Of a DNA stretch of 64,000 nucleotides, positions 34,621-44,253 are shown one piece after another. Every line of letters begins with the position of its first letter. Within the stretch, counting starts at the first letter, position 1. The notes under the pieces are model-generated. The model saw only the letters and a list, made by a program, of their open reading frames with translations, did not search any database and had not been told where the DNA came from. The DNA is from an uncultured Myxococcales bacterium (GTDB lineage Bacteria; Myxococcota_A; UBA9042). The DNA is taken from positions 8,253 through 72,252 of the forward strand of contig CAIXGW010000063.1 of NCBI GenBank assembly GCA_903919145.1, in the 5' to 3' direction. Made by a program: the position numbers and the translations under genes.

Positions 34621-35810
34621 GCCAGGAATCGGGGGACCACGCGCAAGCGCTTGGGCTTTGGCGGATGCAGGTTGCCGAGCTGCTGGACCGCCCCGAGCGG
34701 CTGCAGCTGCAGCTGCGCGATGTGCGCAGTGCCGGCTTGGGGCTGGCGGACCAATGGCCTGCGGATTTTGACAGTGTCTGCGCGGCGTTGTGGCGAAGCT
34801 GCGACGGCGGCGGTCGGCGCCTGGTGCTGCTGCCGCTGCTGGAGGGGCACGCCCTGGGCCCAGCGCTGACCCAAGCCATGCTTAGCAGCGTAGAGGGGCG
34901 CGAAGAGCGATCGGCCAACGCCGCCCTGGCATTGCTGGACGAGCGCGGGCAGCTCGATCCTTCGCAGTGGCGCCGCGTGGCCGCCGTTGCCCGCGCCCAG
35001 CGCCAGGCACTGCTACCCGACATCGATGCCGTACAGCTTCTGGCCCGGCACGGGCCCCCTGAGGCCATGGCCACCGTGGCCCTGACGGCCTTTCGCCTGG
35101 GCCCAGAAGACGCCGATGACCGCCTGACCTGCCTGGCTGGGCTGGGCCGGTTTGCCGACCCGCGGATCCTGCCGTGGCTGCAGGCTCTGGCCCGAACCGG
35201 CTCGGCCGGCCTGGAAGTGCTTCAGGCCGCCGCCCAGATCATGGCGCGCGAGCCAGAAGCGCCGGGCCTCGCCGAGCTGCTGCTGGAATTGGCCAGCGGC
35301 GAAGCTGGGCTAGATGCGTTGCTGCGCTGGTCTGCGTTAGACGGCCTCTGCCACTTGCAGGGCGCTGAGGCACTGCCGGCCCTGCTGGCGGCCCACGCGG
35401 CGGCCGGCCAAGACCTGCCTGCCTGGTACCTGCCCATGCTCGCCGGCCGGGCCTTGGCCCTGGAACCCAGCCTGGCCAAAGGCGGTCCCGCGGCGCTGCA
35501 CCTGGCGGCAGTGGCTCTGCAAGTGCCAAGCTGGCCGCCGGTTCCGGGCTTGGACCAGCGCGCCCTTTCTCGCGATGCGCGGGTGGCCCGCCAGGCCGCC
35601 TTTGAGCAACCAAGCCCCAGCCCTGATGTATTGCGCCAGCGCGCTGGCATGGAGGCCGCGCTGGTCGCCCGCCACCAGCTGGTGGGCAGCCTGCTGCCAG
35701 AGGCGCCGGCAAAAGCCCTGCCGGTCGAGTTCGCCGCCAACTGGGCCAGCATCACCGAAGAAGAGCGAGACCTATTGCTCCGCCAGGAGGCTATCTGGCT
35801 GCAGGGCTAG
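34617..35810 (+). CDS. Hypothetical Ala/Leu-rich helical-repeat protein
   Basis: ATGA overlap with the upstream gene. GC3-rich frame. No recognised domain. Confidence 0.45.
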   Translation: MSQESGDHAQALGLWRMQVAELLDRPERLQLQLRDVRSAGLGLADQWPADFDSVCAALWRSCDGGGRRLVLLPLLEGHALGPALTQAMLSSVEGREERSANAALALLDERGQLDPSQWRRVAAVARAQRQALLPDIDAVQLLARHGPPEAMATVALTAFRLGPEDADDRLTCLAGLGRFADPRILPWLQALARTGSAGLEVLQAAAQIMAREPEAPGLAELLLELASGEAGLDALLRWSALDGLCHLQGAEALPALLAAHAAAGQDLPAWYLPMLAGRALALEPSLAKGGPAALHLAAVALQVPSWPPVPGLDQRALSRDARVARQAAFEQPSPSPDVLRQRAGMEAALVARHQLVGSLLPEAPAKALPVEFAANWASITEEERDLLLRQEAIWLQG

Positions 35811-35925
35811 GAATTGCAGCGCACAAGGGCGCCGCTGTGGAACTCGCTGGTTGCCGGCGGTGCGCATATTTCGCTATGCTGCACGCAGTGGACCCTGCCT
35901 TGGGTCAGTTTGGGTGGTCGCGCTG

Positions 35926-38900
35926 ATGGGGTTCCCGCTCGGCTTTGAGGCACTGCGCCGCTATGACGCTCTGGCCGGTCGGGCTGTGCATGGCGTCGTC
36001 GTGGCTTGCCGCGGGCGATCGCCGGTCAGCGCACTGGCGCGGCTGGCGAGGGTGGCGGCAGCGGCGATGGCTGTGCTAGTGCTTGGCGGCTGCCTGGAGA
36101 CCGAGTTTGGTCCGGCCCTGACCGACAGCGCCAGTCCCGCCGACGACCAGGGCAGCAGCTCTGGCGATGCACCCACCGACAGCACCCGAATTGACAGCCA
36201 ACCCGCAGACACCGCCCAAGACAGCTCTGGCACTGCCGACGCGGGCCAGACGAAGTGCCCTGGCAGCCCGGGCTGCCCCTGCGCCATCACCCAGGACTGC
36301 GGCGCAGGAGCCTGCCTGGTGACCGCCAATGGCAAGCGCTGCGCCGCCTTCTGCATAGAGGGCAGCTGCGACGTGGGGTCGACCTGTGGCGCCGTGGCGG
36401 TCGAAATTCCGGGCGCGCCCACGGCAACCAAGTTCGGCGTGTGCCTGCCGCGCTGGCCCACTGACTGCGTGCCGTGCCTTGGCAACTCCGACTGCGCCAA
36501 CCCGGCCGACGCCGCGGCCGCCTGCGTCGATCCTGCCGGCGGCGACGGCGCCAACGGCTGGTTTTGCGCCTCCTCTTGCAAGCAGGACGCCGACTGCGCG
36601 CCAGGGCGCACCTGCAAAACCCTCAAGGGCCTGGACGGCAGCATGCACCAGACCTGTGCGCCAACCTCAGGCCAGTGCGCCTGCTCTCCGCTGGCCGTGC
36701 AGACGGCTGCCGCCACTTCCTGCCGCAAAACAGCTGCGGGCATGGGCGTTTGCAAGGGCCTGCGCAGCTGCTCCAGCGGTGCGCTCAGCGCCTGCTCAGC
36801 CCAGACTCCCCTCCCCGAAGCCTGCAACGGCCTGGACGACGACTGCGACAGCGCCGTAGACGAGCCGATCGACGCCACGCCGCTGTGCGCCGACCAGGAG
36901 CCGTGCACGGCAGAAAGTTGCCAGGGATCCAAGGGCTGCGCCTACCTGCCCGTCAGCGTAACCTGCAGCGATGACGACCCCTGCACCAGCGGAGACAAGT
37001 GCGGCAACGGCAAATGCGCTGGCGGTCCAGCCAACTGCGACGACAACAACCCCTGCACTACTGATTCTTGCGCCAGCGAAACCGGCTGCACTTATGTGGC
37101 CACTGCCGGCCCCTGCCACGACGGCGACAAGTGCACCAAGGGCGACGTGTGTGCTGCCGGCGAGTGCGCGTCAGGCCCCGCACTGAGCTGCGACGACGCC
37201 AACCCCTGTACCAACGACTGGTGCGACGCGCTACAGGGCTGCACCTCCCTGCCCAATGACGTCACCTGCACCGACGGCAACGAGTGCACCGGTGTGGACA
37301 CCTGCAAGTCGGGCAAGTGCAGCGGCCCACTGCTGGCCTGCGACGACGGCTGGGGCTGCACTTCAGACAGCTGTGACCCGCTTGCCGGCTGCGTTTTTGC
37401 CTCTGGCCAGCCCAGCTGCGGCCAGGCTCCCATGCCTTATGCCATCGCCATGGACTGCACCGAGACCGCGTTCAGCAGCTGGCGGGTGTCGGCCCCGGGC
37501 ATCGCTGTTGCCGATCCGCAGCCGCCGCTGGTCGCCTGGAAGCTCGACAATCTGCCTCCCTTGGGCGGCACCAGCCAGTGCGCCCTCAATGTCAACAACG
37601 GCAAGGATCTGGCGTGCGGCTTCTTGCAGACGTCGGTCGATGCGTGGGCAGAATCTCCATGGATTGGCCTGACTTCTGTGACCCCAGAGGCTCCGGTGGT
37701 GCTGCGCATGGAGAGTGCCGGCTTCTGGTCCAGCAGCTGGACCGCCAAGATCCTGGTCAGGCAAGAGAACCAGCCGTGGAAAGAGCTGGGCAAGCCCTCG
37801 GCCTCTGGCGCCATCTGGGGCAAGGTCACCGTCGATGTGCCAGAGCTGGCCGGCAAGATGGCGCAGATCCGCTTTCAGTTTTCTGGCAGCGACTGTGCCG
37901 ACAGCGACGGCACCGGCTGGTACGTCCGCAAGGTCTCTTTGGCGGTCGAGCCCTGCGCCAAGAACAACGGCGGCTGCGCACCCACCGCCACTTGCAGCGC
38001 CGGGCCCAACAACAGCGCGGTGTGCGCCTGCAATGCGGGCTACAGCGGCACGGGCAAGATCTGCAGCGACATCAACGAATGCGCCAAGAACAACGGCGGC
38101 TGCGCGGTCGGCGCCACCTGCACCAACAGCATCGGCAGCTTCTCTTGCGGCTGCAAGCCGGGCTTTCAGGGCGATGGCGTCACCTGCACCGACATCAATG
38201 AATGCGCCACCGGTAAGGCCAATTGCGCCGTAGACGCGCTCTGCACCAACACCTCTGGCAGTTTTGTCTGCTCGTGCAAGCCCGGCTACACCGGCAACGG
38301 CAAAATCTGCACCGACATCAATGAATGTGCCTCTGCCAACGGTGGGTGCGCGGTCCAGGCTACCTGCACCAACCTTCCGGGGTCGATGCAGTGCGCCTGC
38401 AAGGCGGGCTACACCGGCACTGGCAAGACCTGCACAGACGTCAACGAGTGCACCACCGTGGGCCTGGCCGACTGCGCCACCGAGGCGACCTGTACCAACA
38501 GCACCGGCTCGTTCAGCTGCGCCTGCAAGCCAGGCTACTTGGGCAACGGCAAGTCGTGCGTGCTCTACGGCAGCGCCGAGCTACCCGCTTCGACCTGCAA
38601 GTCGATCCAGTTGGCCAATCCCGCTACAATCTCTGGCCCTTACTGGCTCAACCTTGCCGGTTCGACGGTCCAGGTCAACTGCGACATGGTCACCGACGGC
38701 GGCGGCTGGACCCTGGTCGGCTACAAGACCGACCTGACCCTCAAGGTCAACAACACCAAGTGCTGCAGTGAGAGTTGGCTAATCAGCGACTTTGCGACGT
38801 ACTTGACGGCCGTTCAGATCAAAGCCCTGCAGTCCCTTTCTACAGAGGGCAGACAGACCTACGTGGGGCAGTGCGTCAAGTTTGCCCACTACGAATACAA

Positions 38901-39153
38901 CAGCGGCAATTTCAACCGCGCTATCGGCTTTCGCTTCGCCGATGGTTCCGTAAGCGTCAACGGCCTCAAGAGCTACCTGCCTTTGGACATCAGCGTGCCG
39001 GTTGACGAGTGCAAGGCCTTGTCTTCGCTGCCCGCCACCACCCAGTTTGTCATCCATTCCGTCAAGGTACCGGTAGTCAACATCCTGACCGACTTCCAGG
39101 GCAACGGCCAGTTCGGTTCTCAGTTGACCAAGCAGCCGGCCATGCTGCGGTAG
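35926..39153 (+). CDS. Large secreted lipoprotein: myxobacterial Cys-rich repeats, five tandem calcium-binding EGF-like domains, and a fibrinogen-C-like motif
   Basis: Lipobox VLVLGGC. Repeated CDDxNPCTxDxC modules. The cbEGF domains recur five times: CSDINECAKNNGGCA..C.C..GY.G.G..C. A later ..SGPYWLNLAGSTVQVNCDMVTDGGGWTLVGYKT matches the fibrinogen-related-domain core CDMDTDGGGWTV. The start is uncertain (35926 ATG or a downstream GTG). GC falls to about 57% over 38.0-39.15 kb. Confidence 0.65.
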   Translation: MGFPLGFEALRRYDALAGRAVHGVVVACRGRSPVSALARLARVAAAAMAVLVLGGCLETEFGPALTDSASPADDQGSSSGDAPTDSTRIDSQPADTAQDSSGTADAGQTKCPGSPGCPCAITQDCGAGACLVTANGKRCAAFCIEGSCDVGSTCGAVAVEIPGAPTATKFGVCLPRWPTDCVPCLGNSDCANPADAAAACVDPAGGDGANGWFCASSCKQDADCAPGRTCKTLKGLDGSMHQTCAPTSGQCACSPLAVQTAAATSCRKTAAGMGVCKGLRSCSSGALSACSAQTPLPEACNGLDDDCDSAVDEPIDATPLCADQEPCTAESCQGSKGCAYLPVSVTCSDDDPCTSGDKCGNGKCAGGPANCDDNNPCTTDSCASETGCTYVATAGPCHDGDKCTKGDVCAAGECASGPALSCDDANPCTNDWCDALQGCTSLPNDVTCTDGNECTGVDTCKSGKCSGPLLACDDGWGCTSDSCDPLAGCVFASGQPSCGQAPMPYAIAMDCTETAFSSWRVSAPGIAVADPQPPLVAWKLDNLPPLGGTSQCALNVNNGKDLACGFLQTSVDAWAESPWIGLTSVTPEAPVVLRMESAGFWSSSWTAKILVRQENQPWKELGKPSASGAIWGKVTVDVPELAGKMAQIRFQFSGSDCADSDGTGWYVRKVSLAVEPCAKNNGGCAPTATCSAGPNNSAVCACNAGYSGTGKICSDINECAKNNGGCAVGATCTNSIGSFSCGCKPGFQGDGVTCTDINECATGKANCAVDALCTNTSGSFVCSCKPGYTGNGKICTDINECASANGGCAVQATCTNLPGSMQCACKAGYTGTGKTCTDVNECTTVGLADCATEATCTNSTGSFSCACKPGYLGNGKSCVLYGSAELPASTCKSIQLANPATISGPYWLNLAGSTVQVNCDMVTDGGGWTLVGYKTDLTLKVNNTKCCSESWLISDFATYLTAVQIKALQSLSTEGRQTYVGQCVKFAHYEYNSGNFNRAIGFRFADGSVSVNGLKSYLPLDISVPVDECKALSSLPATTQFVIHSVKVPVVNILTDFQGNGQFGSQLTKQPAMLR

Positions 39154-39198
39154 CGGTCGGTCATTCCCCCCAACATTTTCGCCAGGGAGTTCAGTTTC

Positions 39199-40080
39199 AT
39201 GCGCAATTCTTCGATGTTCTCTAGTCATTTTGCCCGCGCGGGCGTGGCAGGTATGTGTGCGGTCGCCATGGCGGGGGCCGCCGGCTGCAAGCAGCAAGAG
39301 GTCAAGCCTGCCGAGGCGCCCAAGGCCGAAGCCCCCAAAGAGGAGCCCAAGGCGGCTGAGGCGCCCAAGGCCGAAGAGCCCAAGCCGGCAGAGCCCGCCC
39401 CCGTCGCCGCCGAGGCTTCGCCCGTGGCTGCTGCTGCCGATTTGACTGCCGCCGCTGCTCCTGGCGGCGCCACCGCCCCTGCCGCCGCCCCTGCTGGGGT
39501 CAACGAGGCTGCCATGAAAGATCCCAAGCTGGCCAACGAGAAAGCCCCAGACGAGTTCAAGGTCAAGTTTGAGACCTCCAAGGGCAGCTTTACCATTGCC
39601 GTGCACAAGGCGTGGTCGCCCATTGGCGCGGACCGCTTCTACAACCTGGTCAAGATTGGCTACTTCCAAGATGTGGCCTTCTTCCGCGCCATCGCCGGCT
39701 TCATGGCCCAGTTTGGCATCCACGGCGACCCGGCGGTTAACAACAGCTGGCGCGAGGCGTCGATCACCGACGACCCATCGGCCAACCAGTCCAACAAGAA
39801 GTACACCGTTACCTTTGCCAAGAAGGGCATGCCCAACTCGCGGTCGGTGCAGTTCTTTATCAACTTCAGTGACAACGCGATGCTCGACCAAATGGGCTTT
39901 ACCCCGTTTGGCGAAGTGATTGAGGGCAAAGACGTCATTGACCGCATCAACACCGAGTACGGCGAGGGCGCCCCGCGCGGCAACGGGCCCGACCAGATGC
40001 GCGTGCAGACCGAGGGCAACGCCTACCTCAAGAAAGACTTCCCGAACCTGGACTACATCAAGTCCGCTTCGGTCCTGTGA
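39199..40080 (+). CDS. Cyclophilin-type peptidyl-prolyl cis-trans isomerase lipoprotein with an AEAPK-repeat linker
   Basis: Lipobox AGAAGC. FFRAIAGFMAQFGIHGD and the remaining cyclophilin core. Confidence 0.85.
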   Translation: MRNSSMFSSHFARAGVAGMCAVAMAGAAGCKQQEVKPAEAPKAEAPKEEPKAAEAPKAEEPKPAEPAPVAAEASPVAAAADLTAAAAPGGATAPAAAPAGVNEAAMKDPKLANEKAPDEFKVKFETSKGSFTIAVHKAWSPIGADRFYNLVKIGYFQDVAFFRAIAGFMAQFGIHGDPAVNNSWREASITDDPSANQSNKKYTVTFAKKGMPNSRSVQFFINFSDNAMLDQMGFTPFGEVIEGKDVIDRINTEYGEGAPRGNGPDQMRVQTEGNAYLKKDFPNLDYIKSASVL

Positions 40081-42098
40081 GAATCGCCTTCTCGCGTCGC
40101 CCGCTGGCGGCCTGGAGCGCTCTGACAGCGCTCTGGGCCGCCGTTGGCATGGCTGGCCCGCCCCCGCCCCCGCCCGCGCCGGCGGAGGCAAAGACCTTGC
40201 CCGGCCTGCTGGAGCCCTACTCGGGCTTTGACGTAGTCTTTGGTCCGGCCGGTCCGCGGGTGCTGGGCCCAGAGGCCAATCCGCAGATAGAGGCGATGCT
40301 CTTTGGTCCCGGCAAGGCCCTGGGCGGCGCCACTGCCTGCGAGCTGGGCAATGTGCGCGTAGAGGCCAGCCGCTTGCTGGTCGAAGTGCAGTGCCCAGAA
40401 GAGGCCAAGGTTACCCTGGAGCTGCAGGTGCGCGACCGCGGCCTTGCTGCCGACAAGGGGCAGGGCTCTACCTGGTTTGCCATCGCGTGGCCGCCGGCTT
40501 GGCAAGGCGGAGCCGAAGGGCCAGCCCAGGAGCGCCACCGCGCCGCCCAGGCCGATTTGCTGCAGCGCGTCCTGGCCAAAGAAGGGCTGCTGACGTGGCA
40601 GCGCGTCAGGCCGGCGCCGGGCAGCCCGGGCGATGGCTGGATGACCGCGCTGCTTGCCGCACAAGTTAGCCTGGCAACAGGCGAATTGCCGGGAGGCCGC
40701 CGGTCCCTGGCCCAGGCCAAGGCCGCTCGACCGTGGGCGGAGTTGCGGCCCGGCGAATTGTTTGACTTTGCCGTACTGGCTTATGGCCTGGGCGACAGCG
40801 AAGCGGTCCGCGCCGCGGTCGCCTCCCTTGAAAAAGCTGTGGCAGCCCAAAGTGCTCCGTCGCAGGGTAGCTCAGCCAGTGACGCGGCCGAGCTGCGGGC
40901 CTTGGCGGCGGCCGTACCGGCGCTGGCTGGCGACCCTACGGCAACAGTGGTCAAGGCGGGCGCCTGCCTGTCTGCCCCGGGCTGCGACCTGCTGCCGGCG
41001 GTGCGCGCCCTGGCCGCCACCCGCGCCTTTGCCCAGGCAGCCGCAGTGCTCGATGGCGGTCCGCTGGCCGGACAGGCAAAGGTCCACTTTGACTTGCTGA
41101 AGTTGCGATTTGGCATGGCCAGTGCGCTGAACGATTTTGCTGCTGAGCTGGCCGTCGCCGAGCGCATGACCCAAGAGAATCCCGACCTGCCGCAAGCGCT
41201 GGACCTGCGCGCCGCTGGCTTTGGCCGGGCAGGCCGCTATCGCGAATCCATTGAAATCATGCACGATCTCAGTCGCCGCTATCCCGATCGCGACATCGTG
41301 CTGGGGCGCATCGCCGGTCTGCTGGCGTTTCTGACGGCGGAGTCCAATGAGAACCCGGCCAAGAAGGCCGACCTGGAGGCCGTCGAACAGCGCATGCGCC
41401 AGGCAGCCGCCGACCCCAAAGACGTGGTGGCGCGCTTCATTGTGGCTACTCGCGGCTACTACGCCGGCCATTTCGCCCAGGCCCTGCCAGAATTGCAGGC
41501 CCTGGCCAAGACCAGCAACCGCGATCCGCGCATCCCGCTGTACTTGGCCATGACCCATTTTTGGACGGGACAGCAGGCCGAGGCAGAGCGCTGGATCGAC
41601 CGCGCCGTGGCCATTGGCCCCTCTGACCCCGATGTCTTCTACTGCCGCAGCCAGATCGTGCGACGCGTCGACTTACCATTGGCAATCAAAGACTTAGAGC
41701 GATACGAGGCTATGACCAAGCAGCCCTGGTCGGTCGGGCCGCGCTCCAAGTCAGAGCGGGTCGAAGCCGAGCTCGCCTTGATGCGCAAAGGGCGGATCCC
41801 CCCAGATTGGGACAAGCCGGGCCCTGACCGCGCGGTGTTCCTGCCCGCCGAACAGACCGGCACGGCAGCCTCGCCCCAGGCCATCCAAGGCCGCGCAGCG
41901 GCAGGCCTTGCCGCAGCGGGTGGCAATAACGGGCCAGCTGGCCCTGCCGCAGCGGCCTCTGCCAGCGCAGACAGCGGCGCTTTGCCCGGCGGATCCCCAG
42001 AGGATCCGCGGTCCTCGCTGCCATGGACTGCCATCGGCTTGGCGGCAGCCCTGGCCGCGGCGCTGGCCCTGCGGCTGTACCGCTGGAAGCGCAAATAG
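40077..42098 (+). CDS. TPR-repeat protein with a C-terminal TM anchor
   Basis: GTGA overlap with the PPIase stop. Pro-rich N-terminus, multiple TPR-like helical pairs, and the C-terminus LPWTAIGLAAALAAALALRLYRWKRK. Confidence 0.55.
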   Translation: MRIAFSRRPLAAWSALTALWAAVGMAGPPPPPPAPAEAKTLPGLLEPYSGFDVVFGPAGPRVLGPEANPQIEAMLFGPGKALGGATACELGNVRVEASRLLVEVQCPEEAKVTLELQVRDRGLAADKGQGSTWFAIAWPPAWQGGAEGPAQERHRAAQADLLQRVLAKEGLLTWQRVRPAPGSPGDGWMTALLAAQVSLATGELPGGRRSLAQAKAARPWAELRPGELFDFAVLAYGLGDSEAVRAAVASLEKAVAAQSAPSQGSSASDAAELRALAAAVPALAGDPTATVVKAGACLSAPGCDLLPAVRALAATRAFAQAAAVLDGGPLAGQAKVHFDLLKLRFGMASALNDFAAELAVAERMTQENPDLPQALDLRAAGFGRAGRYRESIEIMHDLSRRYPDRDIVLGRIAGLLAFLTAESNENPAKKADLEAVEQRMRQAAADPKDVVARFIVATRGYYAGHFAQALPELQALAKTSNRDPRIPLYLAMTHFWTGQQAEAERWIDRAVAIGPSDPDVFYCRSQIVRRVDLPLAIKDLERYEAMTKQPWSVGPRSKSERVEAELALMRKGRIPPDWDKPGPDRAVFLPAEQTGTAASPQAIQGRAAAGLAAAGGNNGPAGPAAAASASADSGALPGGSPEDPRSSLPWTAIGLAAALAAALALRLYRWKRK

Positions 42099-42143
42099 CT
42101 CGGCCTTGACCCAAAGCCAACCCAGCCCCTTGGGTCGAGCCTG

Positions 42144-42710
42144 CTACTCCGCCCCCGGCTTGAACAGCAGCGCGTCTCCCAGCGGATACGTTTCCAGCTT
42201 GGCGTAGCGGGCCCCCTCTTCGCCGGGCGTGCTGGAATACAGGTGGAATTCAGAGACTGTCCACGGCTCGGTGCGCAACAGCGAGTGGGCCGCCAAGAAG
42301 CCCGCCACGTCGCCATCGGCCGCCCGCTCCAGGCGGGCCAAGCTGATGTGGGGCGCAAAGTTGCGCTTTTCTGGCGGGGCCCCTGCGTGGCGCACCAGAT
42401 GCTCCACCCGCGCTTGCAGGCGCTCAAGCGGCGGACTCGGCGCGGTGCCAGCCCACAAAGAGTGCGGGCGCCCGCGCGGCGGAAAGTGGCCTACCCCAAG
42501 AATCTGCAGAGAAAACTCGGGCAAGTGAACCAGTTGCAGCGCTTCGTCGACCTCTCTGGCCAAGCTGGCATCGGTGGGGCCCAGAAAGCGCAGGGTCAAG
42601 TGCAAGTCATCGGGGTGCACCCAGCGCGCCCCTGGCAGAGGTCCATAGAGATCAATTAGTTGGTCGCTGATGGCGTCAGGCAGGCTGAGGCCAATGAACA
42701 GACGGATCAT
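42144..42710 (-). CDS. thpR: RNA 2',3'-cyclic phosphodiesterase ThpR/LigT (2H family)
   Basis: 188 aa. Two H-x-T/S-x motifs (HLTLRFLG, HISLARL) at the canonical spacing. Confidence 0.8.
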   Translation of the reverse strand: MIRLFIGLSLPDAISDQLIDLYGPLPGARWVHPDDLHLTLRFLGPTDASLAREVDEALQLVHLPEFSLQILGVGHFPPRGRPHSLWAGTAPSPPLERLQARVEHLVRHAGAPPEKRNFAPHISLARLERAADGDVAGFLAAHSLLRTEPWTVSEFHLYSSTPGEEGARYAKLETYPLGDALLFKPGAE

Positions 42711-42799
42711 GGGGACCTAGGGGCCTCGACAAAGACCGGTCGATCTGCTGTCGGGGTGGCGACGCGTTTCCGCGGCAATGAGCTTGGCGAACCGGCTGG

Positions 42800-42935
42800 C
42801 ACCCAAACCCGCAGTCCGGTGTGGAAGCCGCAGCCGACTTGGTTAGGGGGTGTGGGAGAAGACCCAGCAGCAGCCAAGACCAGCGAAGAACAGCCAGGTG
42901 CCATCCGGATCAAACTGGCGGTCTTGGAGACTGGC
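42800..42935 (+). mobile_element. Degenerate third copy of the MITE-like element
   Basis: cacccaaacccgcagtccggtgtggaagcc..gggagaagacccagcagcagccaagacc..ggtcttggagactgg aligns along its whole length with copy 1, at roughly 65-70% identity. It lies between the CHAP gene stop and the thpR start. Confidence 0.5.
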
Positions 42936-42973
42936 AGCGCAAGGGCCACCAAAGAAGGATGGCTGCTGGTGAC

Positions 42974-43924
42974 CTAGGCCACTTCTCCAAAGCCGAAGAT
43001 GGTCTCCATGCCGCGGACTTTTTGGTAGACGCCTTCTTGGCCGCGGTCGCGTGGATTGGCGGTGTTGCCTTCGATGGTGGTGATCGACCCGTCGGCATTG
43101 ACGGCTTTGACGATGCCCACGTGGTCGGGGTTCTTGTCGTGGTCCCAGTCAAAAAAGACCAGGTCGCCGGGCTGCGGGTCGTTCTTGCCCTTCCAGCGTC
43201 CCTGCTTCTTGAGCTGCTGGACAAAGGTGGGGCAGTACGGGCTGTTGGTCGACTTGCCAGCCTTGCTATAGACCCAGGACACAAAGTCGGCACACCAGGG
43301 CTCTGGGCCGCGGCCAAAAAACTGCTGGTACTTAAGGGCGCCACCGCGGTTCTCGCCCTTTTCTGTGGTGCCGATTTGCGACTCAGCGACGCGCAGAATC
43401 TCTTGGCGAAGCTGAGCCTCGTCGCGCGGATTGGCCGGCGGTCGCCGCCCAGGGCGCTGCCCCGGCTCAGGCTGGGGGCGCTGGCTGCCGCCGCGCTGCT
43501 GGTCGCCACCGGGGCTGCGCTGCGGCGTGCCATATTGGGCGGTGTCCAGCTCCATGCCGCTGCGTTCGCGCAGGCCTGCCCAGGTTTGCGGACCCACAAT
43601 GCCATCGACTTCAAGGCCGCGCTTCTCTTGGAATTGAACCACTGCGCGGTGGGTGGCGGGGCCAAAAATGCCGTCTGCCGGGCCGGGAGCCAGCCCGACT
43701 TTGTTGAGCAGCGTCTGGCACATCCGCACCTCGGCCCCCGAGGAGCCGCGGCGAATCATCTTGGGCATGTGCGCCATGCCGGGGGCGACGACGCCCTGCT
43801 GGCCCTGCTGGCCCTGCGTACCTTGCCGGCCCTGGGCGCCTTGCTGGCCCTGCGCGCCCTGCGATCCCTGCTGGGGATTGCGCTGCTGACTTTGCTGGGG
43901 ACCTCTGTGGGCTGGCATCGACAA
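42974..43924 (-). CDS. Peptidoglycan-binding (PG_binding_1) plus CHAP-domain cell-wall hydrolase with an N-terminal GQQ triplet tract
   Basis: GIFGPATHRAVVQFQEKRGLEVDGIVGPQTWAGL is a PG-binding domain. The C-terminal CADFVSWVY..HVGIV is the CHAP Cys/His pair. The start is uncertain: the internal Met MAHMPKMIRRG is possible. Confidence 0.6.
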   Translation of the reverse strand: MSMPAHRGPQQSQQRNPQQGSQGAQGQQGAQGRQGTQGQQGQQGVVAPGMAHMPKMIRRGSSGAEVRMCQTLLNKVGLAPGPADGIFGPATHRAVVQFQEKRGLEVDGIVGPQTWAGLRERSGMELDTAQYGTPQRSPGGDQQRGGSQRPQPEPGQRPGRRPPANPRDEAQLRQEILRVAESQIGTTEKGENRGGALKYQQFFGRGPEPWCADFVSWVYSKAGKSTNSPYCPTFVQQLKKQGRWKGKNDPQPGDLVFFDWDHDKNPDHVGIVKAVNADGSITTIEGNTANPRDRGQEGVYQKVRGMETIFGFGEVA

Positions 43925-44253
43925 CTCCGCTAGGCCGCTGCGGCGGCGCTACAGCACAAATAGCCCTGCTGCCGCCGACCGTCAACTGTTCGGTTCCCCC
44001 AAAGCGGCGATCCGGGGGCATCCAGACCCCAGGCCTCGATCTTGGCGGGCCGGACTGCCAGCCATCGCTTGGTGGTTGCAGCGTCGCCGGCCCTTCTCGG
44101 CAAGGGTCCCAGCCCCCCAGCCGGCGGGGCAAAGGCCGCGGACGCGCCGTGGGTGGTGGTGCCGCCTGGCCCCAGCCGCAGCAGAACCTGACAGCGCCGC
44201 GCGTTGTTGCTACAAGGGGAGTGCTCGCCACACCTGCGGGCAGAGAGGTAGCC

